Assembly (NCBI GenBank): GCA_963663765.2
Contig: CAXXUA010000004.1
Span: forward strand, 1,129,508 to 1,193,507
Reading direction: 5' to 3'
Source: Candidatus Poribacteria bacterium
GTDB lineage: Bacteria > Poribacteria > WGA-4E > WGA-3G
Length of the DNA stretch: 64,000 bases
The position numbers and the translations under genes were made by a program. The notes under the pieces were generated by a model. That model did not search any database. It had not been told where the DNA came from and saw nothing but the letters and a program-made list of their open reading frames with translations. Positions within the stretch are counted from its first letter, which is position 1, and every line of letters begins with the position of its first letter. Positions 54,775-64,000 of this stretch are shown here, in pieces.

Positions 54775-55629
54775 TTAGAAAGCTTTTACTGCAGCTAACC
54801 CCTCTGAAAAGTAAGAAGCGTAAAAAAATGTCGGTTCAATAACCCACTCACCACTTTTGTCAATATATCCATACTTCTCATTGAATTTGACAGCAGCGAA
54901 ACCTTCAGCAAAGAAGTCAGCCTTATCATATTGCGGTTCAATAACAAGTGCGCCGGATTTGTCAGCATACCCATATTTACCATCTATCTTAACGACGACC
55001 AATCCTTCAGAGAAATAAGGGTAAGACGTTTCAAAATCTAATTCAAGAACTTCCTGACCGGTTTTATCAATAAACACATTTCTACCGTCTGTAGTCTTAA
55101 CATAGGCATACCCTTCAGAAAAGTCCCATGTGTCATTAAATTGTGGTTTGATGATTATTTCACCGGTTGTATCAACATATCCACCATATCCTTCTTCTTT
55201 TTCATCCCAGACTTCAATTCGGCAAAAACCTTCTGAAAAACAAAAAGACATCGGTTCATCGCGTTTCGTGAACACCCACTCACCCGCCGTATTGATAAAA
55301 CCTCTGGTTGTTTCGGTCTGAACAGCGGCAAGACCATTGAAAAAACCATCAGCCTCACGAAAGGATAGCGGAATGGTTATCTTTCCGGACTTATCAATAT
55401 AGCCACACTTACTATCCTTAAAGCATATTGGAGCTAACCCATCATTAAAACTGAATGCCCACTGATACTGAAGTGGAATGGCAAATTTTCCTTGTTTGTC
55501 AATGAATCCATATACCCCATCAACCTCAACAGCTGCCAATCCTTCAGAAAAACCGTAGTAGAAATCAAACTGTGGTGAGATAACAATGCTGCCACTTTTG
55601 TCAATATAACCGAATTTTTTCATTTTCAA
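54775..55629 (-). CDS. WG-repeat (KWG) protein, copy 1
   Basis: Tandem near-identical paralog. Confidence 0.92.
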   Translation of the reverse strand: MKMKKFGYIDKSGSIVISPQFDFYYGFSEGLAAVEVDGVYGFIDKQGKFAIPLQYQWAFSFNDGLAPICFKDSKCGYIDKSGKITIPLSFREADGFFNGLAAVQTETTRGFINTAGEWVFTKRDEPMSFCFSEGFCRIEVWDEKEEGYGGYVDTTGEIIIKPQFNDTWDFSEGYAYVKTTDGRNVFIDKTGQEVLELDFETSYPYFSEGLVVVKIDGKYGYADKSGALVIEPQYDKADFFAEGFAAVKFNEKYGYIDKSGEWVIEPTFFYASYFSEGLAAVKAF

Positions 55630-55702
55630 TACGTCCTTAGATTTGGATATGGGTTTCTGTGAAACGAGATTCTAAGACGTTAGGGTAATCCGAGACCTAT
55701 CC

Positions 55703-55845
55703 TATAGGTGTCAACTTAAGGATTTAACCTCTTGTGGGAGGGGTTTTCAACCCCGATTTTTTAGTGCATTTCCGCTCAAATCAAGGTTGAAAACCCCTCC
55801 CACAAGAGAAAATGCAAACAATATTTTCTTAAGTTGACACCTATA
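55703..55845. mobile_element. MITE with TATAGGTGTCAACTTAAG TIRs carrying a TTGTGGGAGGGGTTTTCAAC REP doublet
   Basis: Perfect 18-bp TIR; related copies at ~50988-51127 and ~51147-52953 (the latter split by IS4). Confidence 0.8.
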
Positions 55846-55935
55846 GAGTAATCCGAGACCTATCCTAACCTGCTAAATGAGTATAAGAACATTGAAAATG
55901 CTGATTTGGTAGTCTAAGCAACAAAACCATTGGCA

Positions 55936-56496
55936 TCAATCCATTGAAGGAGAGAGCACAATAACATCAACATGTTTTGGATCACCTGAAGATAAAGGTA
56001 ATCTAAGCGAAGGTTGCCCCAGAAACCATTTTACGCCTTCAATCTTACCTATATGTTGATATATAATATGATCCTTTTCTATCTTTACTTCAAGTGTAAT
56101 CGGTTTATGAACAGGCACAACACGTTCAAAACTGAACATCCCCTTCGCATCGCTAAAAACAGGAATTCCTGGCTTTTCCAAAAAAGAAGAATTATAAGAT
56201 ATTTCAATATTCTTAAGTGGAATTGTAGTTGTATCGCTATCTTTCATTACGACTTTGCCATAAACCGTTCCATAAAAAGCAGCACGCCATCTCTCTGTTA
56301 CGAAATGTATTACAAAATTCTGTATTACAATTATAAGAAGAATTGTGCAAAGGAGTGCTATTATTATACCGAAAATAGTAAAACCAAATATATTCAAGAA
56401 AATATATTCAAAAATACTATAATAAATGCAGAATTCTATGATGCCTAAAATAGGAGACCTTCTCCTATTAGGGATTGTATTATTTTTAATGTGCAT
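55936..56496 (-). CDS. Membrane protein, paralog of 50314-50808
   Basis: Two TM helices; GTVYGKVVM...IEGVKWFLG...LPLSSGDPKHVDV. Confidence 0.7.
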   Translation of the reverse strand: MHIKNNTIPNRRRSPILGIIEFCIYYSIFEYIFLNIFGFTIFGIIIALLCTILLIIVIQNFVIHFVTERWRAAFYGTVYGKVVMKDSDTTTIPLKNIEISYNSSFLEKPGIPVFSDAKGMFSFERVVPVHKPITLEVKIEKDHIIYQHIGKIEGVKWFLGQPSLRLPLSSGDPKHVDVIVLSPSMD

Positions 56497-56508
56497 AGTA
56501 TTCTCCTT

Positions 56509-56768
56509 CGCAATAAGTAGTTTTGGACTTGCAAAAATCCCTTAAGACACATCAGGCACACTGGATGTCTCCAAACCCTCTGCATCATGAATCAGTTCGT
56601 TCTTAGCAATATGGTGTGACAATGTTTCTGACAAATAATGGCTTACAAGACACAGTACTTCTAAATGCTCACTTTCAGAATAAGAGATTTCAAAGGATCA
56701 TTACTGTCTTTGTCAAATCCGTTCTCTTTAATACTTTTGCCATAGATTTTCTTCTATCCATCATCGCA
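56509..56768 (-). mobile_element. Isolated terminal fragment of the IS1595 element
   Basis: Highly similar to 20792-21053 including the TIR. Confidence 0.85.
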
Positions 56769-57084
56769 TAGGGTTATTTAGTTTTCAATATTTTTGATAT
56801 TATTTTGCTATGTCGTTAATTTTATGGGGTACCATCTTGTCCTGTTCTTTAGTCCCGTAGGGACGATATGTTTATAGAAAATGTTTTCCACCCCAATTGA
56901 GTTCCGTAGGAACGACATAGAAGAATAAACATATCGTCCCTACGGGACTAAAGAGTTGTGGCGTGTATTCGTTTTCTATAAACATATCGTCCCTACGGGA
57001 CTAAAGACATGGACAAGATGGCAACACATAAAATTAACGTTATAGCAAATAATCATCAAAGAAACCTATAACTAAATAACCCTG
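56769..57084. mobile_element. CAGGGTTAT-family MITE with non-matching flanks (hybrid)
   Basis: TIRs present, no TSD; right flank 57085-57175 is an inverted copy of ~37012-37102. Confidence 0.8.
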
Positions 57085-57168
57085 CGTTTTGGTCATTATG
57101 TCTTGAATTGGTAACATAATCGGTGAACCAATTTCTTATCAAAACATGTTGGAAAAAAATTGTCCAAA

Positions 57169-57606
57169 CTATAGTAACCTATCAGACTCTGCAAAGGCAC
57201 AGACACGCTCAACATCAGACCACACAAGCGCGTCTACTTGACCGCGACCACTACCTTTAGCATCGCGTCGTATTGACTTGAGCCTCTTTTGACTAATAGT
57301 AAATTGGACATCACTCCCTTTCACATTGCTGAAATACCATTTAACCGAGGCTAAGTTGACCGATAAGCTATTTGGTGCTATGCCTTTTGCATCCAAACTT
57401 GAGAGATAGACTGCCAATTGTATATCAGTGATGTTGTCCAGTGTCTCACCTTTAGCGGATAGGAAGTCATTGAGTTGTCGCCAAGTTAGTTGAGACGCGC
57501 GTCTGGAATTTGGAGACAAGGCATCCCACGCAACACCGATGCGTATTTTATCGTCATCTGTGAGTCGTAAATCTGTGTTCGTTTCAATCGTTGCTAATGT
57601 TTGCAT
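57169..57606 (-). pseudogene. Tyrosine recombinase/integrase N-terminal fragment, truncated by a MITE end
   Basis: LSPNSRRA...QLAVYLSSL...APNSLSVNLASVKW...GRGQVDAL core-binding region; catalytic domain missing; ends at the TAGTTTGGACAATTTT TIR. Confidence 0.65.
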
Positions 57607-57648
57607 TTTGTTGTGCTATTGTTTCAAGTGGATTAGACGTTCCGATTA

Positions 57649-58224
57649 TCAATCAGAAAATGAAATGCGGGTATATATATCCTGAAGTGGCAATTCGCAT
57701 TCAATGGAATTGAACTTCAGGACATCTTCCGGTGCTTCAAACGTCTTTCCTACCCACTGCGTCTCGTTCAAACGATGGTGTTCAACACGCATCCTATCTT
57801 GTGATACAAGGATATATTCTTGTAAAGACATAAGTTCCTGATAGTGTGCGAATTTTTCGCCTCTGTCAAACGCCTCAGTTGATGGTGAAAGTACCTCTAC
57901 GACAAGGATGGGGTTCAAGAGGGTGTCGAAAACATTATCTTCAAAACGGGGTTTATCGCATACAACAACGACATCTGGGTAGAAATAAGAACCTGTCAGC
58001 TTCGTTTTAACGCGCATATCACCGCTGTAAATGAAGCAACTACGTCGTCTTAATTGGAGGTTCAGTTCAGTGGTAATTTCTACTGTGATGATGTTATGTG
58101 CGTTACTTGCCCCGGACATTGCGATTATCTCACCGTAGATGTATTCGCTTTTATATTCTGCCCTGCGTTCTGCAGTGATGTATTCCTCTGGTGAGATGTA
58201 TTTTTCGGCTGCAACAGATGCCAT
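57649..58224 (-). CDS. Uma2 family endonuclease (PD-(D/E)xK)
   Basis: KSEYIYGEIIAMSGAS..HN, YPDVVVVC, NPILVVEVLSPSTEAFDRGEKF. Confidence 0.93.
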   Translation of the reverse strand: MASVAAEKYISPEEYITAERRAEYKSEYIYGEIIAMSGASNAHNIITVEITTELNLQLRRRSCFIYSGDMRVKTKLTGSYFYPDVVVVCDKPRFEDNVFDTLLNPILVVEVLSPSTEAFDRGEKFAHYQELMSLQEYILVSQDRMRVEHHRLNETQWVGKTFEAPEDVLKFNSIECELPLQDIYTRISFSD

Positions 58225-58308
58225 GTTTGTCTCCCTGAATGATAGTAATGTGTTTTGCATGCAGTTTAGCACATAATGGGTAGAACTGCAACATTTGCGA
58301 ATTGCTGT

Positions 58309-58753
58309 CAGGGTTATTTAGTTTTAGGAGTTTTCTGTTATTGAGATTTACTGAAAGTTAATACCCAAATGAGGTTTCCTAACTGCACCTTATACATCAA
58401 TTTTAGATTGTTGAAACATGAACATCGCTCTTTAGTCCCGACAAATGCCACACGGGGAATGCCTTAATGGCATTCATACCGTTGATTTGGCGCATTTGGC
58501 GTTGATTTGGTAGGGACGATATGTGTATTCTTCTATGCCGTTCCTATGGAACTCAAGAGAGTTAGATAACATTTTTCTATAAACATATCGTCCCTACGGG
58601 ACTAAAGACACGGACAAGGCTAATCCTGAAAATCTGGTAATCCTGAAAATCCTGGTTCAGAAAAAGAATGGGTTAACTCCATAAAATAAACTAACTCAAG
58701 GATTAACAACTGTGATAGAATTTACTCAATAAATTGAAAACTGAATAACCCTG
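58309..58753. mobile_element. CAGGGTTAT-family MITE (mosaic, no TSD)
   Basis: TIRs at both ends; internal blocks shared with 30135, 37103 and 42113 copies. Confidence 0.75.
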
Positions 58754-58844
58754 CCTATTCCCCCAACAAGTTAATTGAAAACCTTAATTTGTCAGAATAT
58801 AATCAGAGATCACTTATGATAGGTAGGACGTCTCCCATAGTCTA

Positions 58845-58917
58845 TGGGGCGTACTGGATTTGAACCAGTGACTTCTACCGTGTGAAGGTAGCGCTCGTAC
58901 CCCTGAGCTAACGCCCC
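58845..58917 (-). tRNA. tRNA-Val (CAC)
   Basis: GGGGCGTTAGCTCAG...CTACC-TTCACAC-GGTAG...GGTTCAAATCC. Confidence 0.95.
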
Positions 58918-58928
58918 AAGTGAGGAGA

Positions 58929-59001
58929 TGGGCCCACTAGGACTCGAACCTAGGACCAGCCGGTTATGAGCCGGCGGCTCTGACCACTGAGCTATGGACC
59001 C
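58929..59001 (-). tRNA. tRNA with CAT anticodon, probably tRNA-Ile2 (lysidine)
   Basis: GGGTCCATAGCTCAGTGGTCAGAGCCGCCGG-CTCATAA-CCGGC; paired 1:72 excludes initiator; Ile2 vs elongator Met assigned by resemblance only. Confidence 0.88.
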
Positions 59002-59040
59002 TTGTTGTGCTTTTAATTATAACTGCTTTTAACGAAAAAA

Positions 59041-59526
59041 TCAAGTTTTTCTGTCACGCATGTGATCACATTCAAAATGTAATTCCATAGATTCACCAGG
59101 TTTCAAATTATCCCAATGCCGCATCAACTTCTTTAAACGTTTCCGCATCGTTTCTATCTGTTCACAAGTAATATCATGGGGGAGTTCTTTGGAATCAAGT
59201 TGAAGTAGCGGATCAGGAAAACTTTCCCAATGTTCAGCTTGTAACAACAGGACAATCGGTTCAGTATCAATCGCTTCCTTGGGTATTTTGAAGGGACGTT
59301 TTGATGTCGGCAGACTAAAATCGGGGATGTCATAACCTTGTGCAACAAGTCCGAAGAAAGCGTTTTGGAAACCGAGTGTGGTTTCTACAACAAAGTGTGC
59401 AAAATCGTGATGCACAAACCCACGATGAATATGTGACCAAGTTACACCCCCATCATTTCGGATACAGGTAAGTGTATCGGGTTTGTGTTTATGTTGGTTT
59501 TTGCCTTTTTTAAAACGGATCAGCAT
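59041..59526 (-). CDS. Hypothetical protein with HDxxH motif
   Basis: LTCIRNDGGVTW...VHHDFAHFVVETTLG...FFGLVAQGYDI. Confidence 0.7.
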   Translation of the reverse strand: MLIRFKKGKNQHKHKPDTLTCIRNDGGVTWSHIHRGFVHHDFAHFVVETTLGFQNAFFGLVAQGYDIPDFSLPTSKRPFKIPKEAIDTEPIVLLLQAEHWESFPDPLLQLDSKELPHDITCEQIETMRKRLKKLMRHWDNLKPGESMELHFECDHMRDRKT

Positions 59527-59733
59527 AGTTTATTCTGTTATGTGTTCTGCTCCTCAATTTGATGCAGAACTACACAGTATGATATGAATAGAACTTATTG
59601 AAATTTCCAATACTTACAACCTATCCAATAAATCATAGGAAGGGTTTCTAACCCCGATTTACCAGAGTCGTGATTTGATGAATTTGGATAAAAATGCATT
59701 TATGAGATACGCTGTAGTAAGTAATACTAAAAG

Positions 59734-59994
59734 TTAATTTGCTGATTTTGCTGTTGCTTTAATACCTTCGGTAACCCACTCCCGAATCAACAACACTGGT
59801 GATATTCCTCGAGACTTCGCAGCAGCTGCAACAACCGAGACTTCTTCGGGTGTTAAGGTCAAGGGAACAATAGATTCAAAAACAGAATCCGAGACTTCCT
59901 CAAGTTCGTTCTCAAAATCGGTTAAGTCGTGGTTGTCCCAAAAGTTCGCGAGTTCTTGAATTGAATCAGTTTGAGGTATTGTTTTATGTTTCAT
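59734..59994 (-). CDS. CopG/BrnA-like antitoxin
   Basis: SIQELANFWDNHDLTDF...AAAKSRGISPVLLIREWVTE; ATGA overlap with the upstream toxin. Confidence 0.8.
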   Translation of the reverse strand: MKHKTIPQTDSIQELANFWDNHDLTDFENELEEVSDSVFESIVPLTLTPEEVSVVAAAAKSRGISPVLLIREWVTEGIKATAKSAN

Positions 59995-61180
59995 TTATTT
60001 CCCCATTGTCTGTATCGTCGTTTTTCATTGTCAGTCATAGGTCTTGCAGTTACTGGATATCCTTTCCCATCAGGAAATTGAATAATAACACAAAACAGAT
60101 AGCGACCAAAGTTATACCAATTCAAATAAATCTTGTCTCATTAAGGAATTCTACTGTTTACTGGCAGGGAGTTACTCTCTTCGGTAGGAGCGACCTCCCG
60201 GTCGCGACCCGGGAGGTCGATCCTACCAGATTTCCGCTGCTTACTAGCAGGGAGTTACTCTCTTCGGTAGGAGCGACCTCCCGGTCGCGACCCAGGAGGT
60301 CGATCCTACCAGATTGCCGCTGTTTACTGGCAGGGAGATACTCTCTTCGGTAGGAGCGACCTCCCGGTCGCGACCCAGGAGGTCGATCCTACCAGATTTC
60401 CACTGTTTACTGGCAGGGAGTTACTCTCTTCGGTAGGAGCGACCTCCCGGTCGCGACCCAGGAGGTCGATCCTACCAGATTTCCGCTGTTTACTGGCAGG
60501 GAGATACTCTCTTCGGTAGGAGCGACCTCCCGGTCGCGACCCAGGAGGTCGATCCTACCAGATTGCCGCTGTTTACTGGCAGGGAGATACTCTCTTCGGT
60601 AGGAGCGACCTCCCGGTCGCGACCCAGGAGGTCGATCCTACCAGATTTCCGCTGTTTACTGACAGGGAGTTACTCTCTTCGGTAGGAGCGACCTCCCGGT
60701 CGCGACCCAGGAGGTCGATCCTACCAGATTTCCGCTGTTTACTGGCAGGGAGTTACTCTCTTCGGTAGGAGCGACCTCCCGGTCGCGACCCAGGAGGTCG
60801 ATCCTACCAGATTTCCGCTGTTTACTGGCAGGGAGATACTCTCTTCGGTAGGAGCGACCTCCCGGTCGCGACCCAGGAGGTCGATCCTACCAGATTTCCG
60901 CTGTTTACTGGCAGGGAGATACTCTCTTCGGTAGGAGCGACCTCCCGGTCGCGACCCAGGAGGTCGATCCTACCAGATTTCCGCTGCTAATGAGACTTCA
61001 TCACATGAAAATGTTATTAGTTTGTCCTAAAACATAGTAGACCGGATTCTCACCGTGAGATTTTGCACGTTGTATGAATGACCTACCAAAACAAACTTCT
61101 TCAACTTCATCTGATGTGACATTGTGTCTTGCGATATGTTCAAGTCTGTCTAATGGCCAGAGTAACTCGTGAATTTTCAT
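59991..61180 (-). pseudogene. BrnT-like toxin gene interrupted by a ~900-bp REP-array element
   Basis: Removing the insert gives a 95-aa ORF MKIHELLWPLDRLEHIARHNVTSDEVEEVCFG...YYVLGQTNNFGRYLFCVIIQFPDGKGYPVTARPMTDNEKRRYRQWGNK. Confidence 0.85.
60163..60986. repeat. Tandem array of ten 83-bp units, each a REP doublet hairpin
   Basis: GGCAGGGAG(T/A)TACTCTCTTCGGTAGGAGCGACCTCCCGGTCGCGACCCAGGAGGTCGATCCTACCAGATTTCCGCTGTTTACT x10. Confidence 0.95.
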
Positions 61181-61258
61181 TCCTAAAATCTATCGTTAAT
61201 TTCATAACTAAGAATATACATATTGTTAAATCAACTAAAACTAAAACGTGTTAGATTC

Positions 61259-61861
61259 TTATGAGTTCTGTTCTTCAATTTGATGCAACGCTTCACTGAT
61301 ATAACGACGTATCCATTCGCTTTCAGTTGATTCTGCCAATGCGTTGAGGGCAGAAATAGCTTGTGGGTTGCCGATTCTACCTAACGCCACTACTGCTGCT
61401 GAACTTACAGATCTTTCAGCATCTGTTACGCTGCTTATCAGAGCTTCTATCACTTGTACGGGAGGATTAATTCCACGTTCTTCGGTAAGTCCCAATTCGC
61501 CGAGAGCGACAACGGCAGCACATCGCATATCAGGTTCTTCATCCTGCAAAAAGGTAATGAGACCTTCAATAGCACGTTCATCGCGCAGGTGTCCCAAAGC
61601 TGAGATGGCAAAACGGCGGACAGTGGTATCCTCATCGGTTAATGCATCTATGAGCGGAGCAACAGCGTACGTATCACCAACGTTCCCTAATCCTTCCGCA
61701 GCGTAAGCACGCATCTCGGAGGATTCTGACCGCAGTTTTCTGAGCAACAATCGCGTAGGGAAAAACCGCCAATTCCGTAACGGACCGTTTTTATGTAAAA
61801 GCAATCGAATCAATCTACGAATCTTTTGTGGTGGTTGTTGAACCGAAACTTCGTCTGTCAT
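61259..61861 (-). CDS. HEAT/PBS-lyase repeat protein
   Basis: Repeated R..AA.ALG.LGD..AV..LI..L.D. Confidence 0.88.
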   Translation of the reverse strand: MTDEVSVQQPPQKIRRLIRLLLHKNGPLRNWRFFPTRLLLRKLRSESSEMRAYAAEGLGNVGDTYAVAPLIDALTDEDTTVRRFAISALGHLRDERAIEGLITFLQDEEPDMRCAAVVALGELGLTEERGINPPVQVIEALISSVTDAERSVSSAAVVALGRIGNPQAISALNALAESTESEWIRRYISEALHQIEEQNS

Positions 61862-61987
61862 GGTGATGCCTTACTCACAGCTTTTCTTTCCGATATATAT
61901 GATGCAAAACAAAGCACTCTATAGAATTTGCATAAATAACCAACACATTCATACTATTAAAGCTAAACAAACTTATCATCTTGATTG

Positions 61988-62269
61988 TTAGGAGGGAAGG
62001 CGATAGATCTTTGAACGCAGACTCATGTATTGCGCAATTTGAGGTTCGCTGGGTTCTTTATCAGCAAGGTCAGAAGCAACATACAATGCTTCCCCATGAT
62101 AGAATAGTTCCTGTTGGGACAAAGGAAGGTTGTTAAGCTCTTCTCTTAGAACATCAGCATCGTCAGGTGACTTAAAATAAATATCACTCAAAACTCTACG
62201 AACCAACTCCCAATATTCATCAACATAATTAGCAGGAAGTGAAAGGTGATTATCTTTGTCTGTATCCAT
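61988..62269 (-). CDS. Small acidic hypothetical protein coupled to DUF3990
   Basis: Starts 2 bp after the DUF3990 stop; GGAGG RBS. Confidence 0.7.
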   Translation of the reverse strand: MDTDKDNHLSLPANYVDEYWELVRRVLSDIYFKSPDDADVLREELNNLPLSQQELFYHGEALYVASDLADKEPSEPQIAQYMSLRSKIYRLPS

Positions 62270-62271
62270 TA

Positions 62272-62814
62272 TTAAGCCTCCAAAAAATACGTAGGATGTC
62301 CTTGACTGAGTAAGACTGGAGCAGGCAGAATTTCCAATGCTGCCTCCGTATGAAAACTTATCTGATCACAATCCTTTATGACTAACTTCTGCCTCCAAAG
62401 CGAGACAGGACCGTACACAACATCATAATTATTACTTCCGTGTAGTAAGTGTGGACGCATGCCATTACGACAATATTCAACAAAATTCCAATAATCTGAA
62501 TTTGAATTATCTGTTACAAAACACAAACTCAATAAAGATGCAAGTTGATTCCTATCAACTTCAAACTTCAGTACTACTGAATACATTGAGGGATTGTTCC
62601 TACGCACACGCTGATGTCTGAACTTTCTATCTGCCCAATTCTCTGCCTGATTAAGAACCGTCGTTAGGTAGAATCCTCTACCAAAATCCGTAAACTGTCG
62701 GCAAAGTTTCAAATCAATGCTATGAGGTTTTGAATCAGAAGGTTTACAAAGTACTAATGCATCAAAGTTAGTAGTACCGTGATACAGTATTAAGGAACTA
62801 TTTGTCCAAGGCAC
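62272..62814 (-). CDS. DUF3990 protein (ADP-ribosyltransferase-like fold)
   Basis: LYHGT, DFGRGFYLTT..QA..WA, YDVVYGPV, QISFHT. Confidence 0.82.
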   Translation of the reverse strand: MPWTNSSLILYHGTTNFDALVLCKPSDSKPHSIDLKLCRQFTDFGRGFYLTTVLNQAENWADRKFRHQRVRRNNPSMYSVVLKFEVDRNQLASLLSLCFVTDNSNSDYWNFVEYCRNGMRPHLLHGSNNYDVVYGPVSLWRQKLVIKDCDQISFHTEAALEILPAPVLLSQGHPTYFLEA

Positions 62815-62974
62815 AATCTACTTCCACCATGATAACAAATGGAAAAGGTTCAATATTAATCTCAGATGTAATGTAATTATAGCATAACATAGAATGCGTT
62901 TCAAATTATTTTAGGAATGATTCAGTAGTGGAAATAACTCATATCTAATAAGGCAAAATGAAAGTAAAAATTAC

Positions 62975-64000
62975 TTACTTCAGACTAATCCCCAACTCTT
63001 TGGCAATTGTATTTACATCTTTATCACCGCGACCAGAGAGACAGACTACGATAGTCTTATCTTTTCCAAGTTCCGGTGCAAGTTCACGCAGATATGCAAT
63101 CGCATGTGCCGATTCTAACGCGGGAATGATACCCTCAGTTTCTGATAACAACTGGAATCCTTCTACTGCTTCTGTATCAGTAATAGGAACATATTCTGCT
63201 CTACCGGATTCACGATAGTAACTGTGTTCAGGACCAACACCAGGGTAATCCAAACCTGCTGAGATTGAATGAGCGGGGGTTATTTGTCCATCTTCTTCTT
63301 GCAGAAGATAGCACTTTGCACCGTGAAAAACACCAACTGTTCCAGCAGTGAGCGGTGCTGCATGCCGTCCACTACGGATGCTTTCGCCTGCAGCCTCAAC
63401 TCCGATAAAACGTACTGATTTATCATGATAGAATGGATAGAACATACCGAGAGAATTACTCCCGCCACCAACACAAGCCACGACACAATCCGGTAAGTTT
63501 CCTTCCTGCTCTAATATCTGTGCTTTAGCTTCTTCACCAATAACAGTTTGGAAATCTCTAACAATCATCGGATAAGGATGTGCTCCTACAACAGAACCCA
63601 GCAACATATAGGTCGTGCGGACATTCGTAACCCAATCTCTGAAACAGGCATTGATCGCATCTTTCAATGTGCGCGACCCAGAGTTCACTGGCACCACCTT
63701 CGTTCCCATCAACTGCATCCTGAACACGTTCAGCGCCTGTCGTTCAATGTCCTCTTCACCCATATAGACTTCACATTCCATATCAAACTTTGCTGCGACG
63801 GTCGCAGTCGCAACACCATGCTGTCCAGCACCAGTTTCTGCAATGATGCGTTTCTTTCCCATCCAACGTGCAAGCAGGATCTGCCCAATTGCACTGTTTA
63901 TTTTGTGTGCACCAGTATGATTCAGATCTTCACGTTTGAGGTATATCTTTGCACCACCAAGGGTTTCAGTCAACCGTTCAGCATAGTAAAGCGGATTTGG
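62975..64000 (-). CDS. trpB: Tryptophan synthase beta chain, 5' end beyond the window
   Basis: [50 protein letters not shown]. Confidence 0.98.
   Translation of the reverse strand, partial: PNPLYYAERLTETLGGAKIYLKREDLNHTGAHKINSAIGQILLARWMGKKRIIAETGAGQHGVATATVAAKFDMECEVYMGEEDIERQALNVFRMQLMGTKVVPVNSGSRTLKDAINACFRDWVTNVRTTYMLLGSVVGAHPYPMIVRDFQTVIGEEAKAQILEQEGNLPDCVVACVGGGSNSLGMFYPFYHDKSVRFIGVEAAGESIRSGRHAAPLTAGTVGVFHGAKCYLLQEEDGQITPAHSISAGLDYPGVGPEHSYYRESGRAEYVPITDTEAVEGFQLLSETEGIIPALESAHAIAYLRELAPELGKDKTIVVCLSGRGDKDVNTIAKELGISLK

Noticed and set aside
57169-59001. Prophage or integrative element at tRNA-Val
   Set aside because: Integrase is only an N-terminal fragment; no duplicated tRNA 3' end or phage genes seen
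60163-60986. Possible CRISPR array
   Set aside because: Units are near-identical over the full 83 bp; a REP tandem, not repeat-spacer

Overview
About 40% GC bacterial chromosome segment, most consistent with Candidatus Poribacteria. This is an inference from gene content (PhyH, LamG-metallopeptidase, WD40 lipoproteins, SprA-like protein, repeat-rich intergenic DNA) and is not database-confirmed. The left end is a core translation cluster on the minus strand: rpoZ, a long leader, tRNA Thr-Tyr-Gly-Thr, rpmG, tRNA-Trp, secE, nusG, rplKAJL; tuf and rpoBC are absent from their usual positions. It is followed by mqnC, a SurA/PpiD-like foldase, an 8-oxoG glycosylase, a GT4 glycosyltransferase and a rare tRNA-Leu with an AAG anticodon. 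The middle holds a secreted zincin-LamG protein, nested IS1595/IS982/MITE elements, an FAD/Fe-S oxidoreductase-transporter-PhyH operon, four tandem 7-bladed WD40 lipoprotein genes with position-specific hypervariability, a tandem IS630 pair and a 2159-aa SprA-like protein. The right end has an IS4, two WG-repeat paralogs, an integrase remnant, Uma2, two tRNAs, a BrnT-like toxin gene split by a 10x83-bp REP array, DUF3990 and partial trpB. Intergenic DNA is full of several REP families, many packaged inside distinct TIR-bounded non-autonomous elements with target-site duplications. The best leads are the diversified WD40/WG propeller repertoire, tRNA-Leu(AAG), the REP-carrying MITE families, a structured ~600-nt leader RNA and the SprA-like translocon. 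No CRISPR array or reverse transcriptase was seen.
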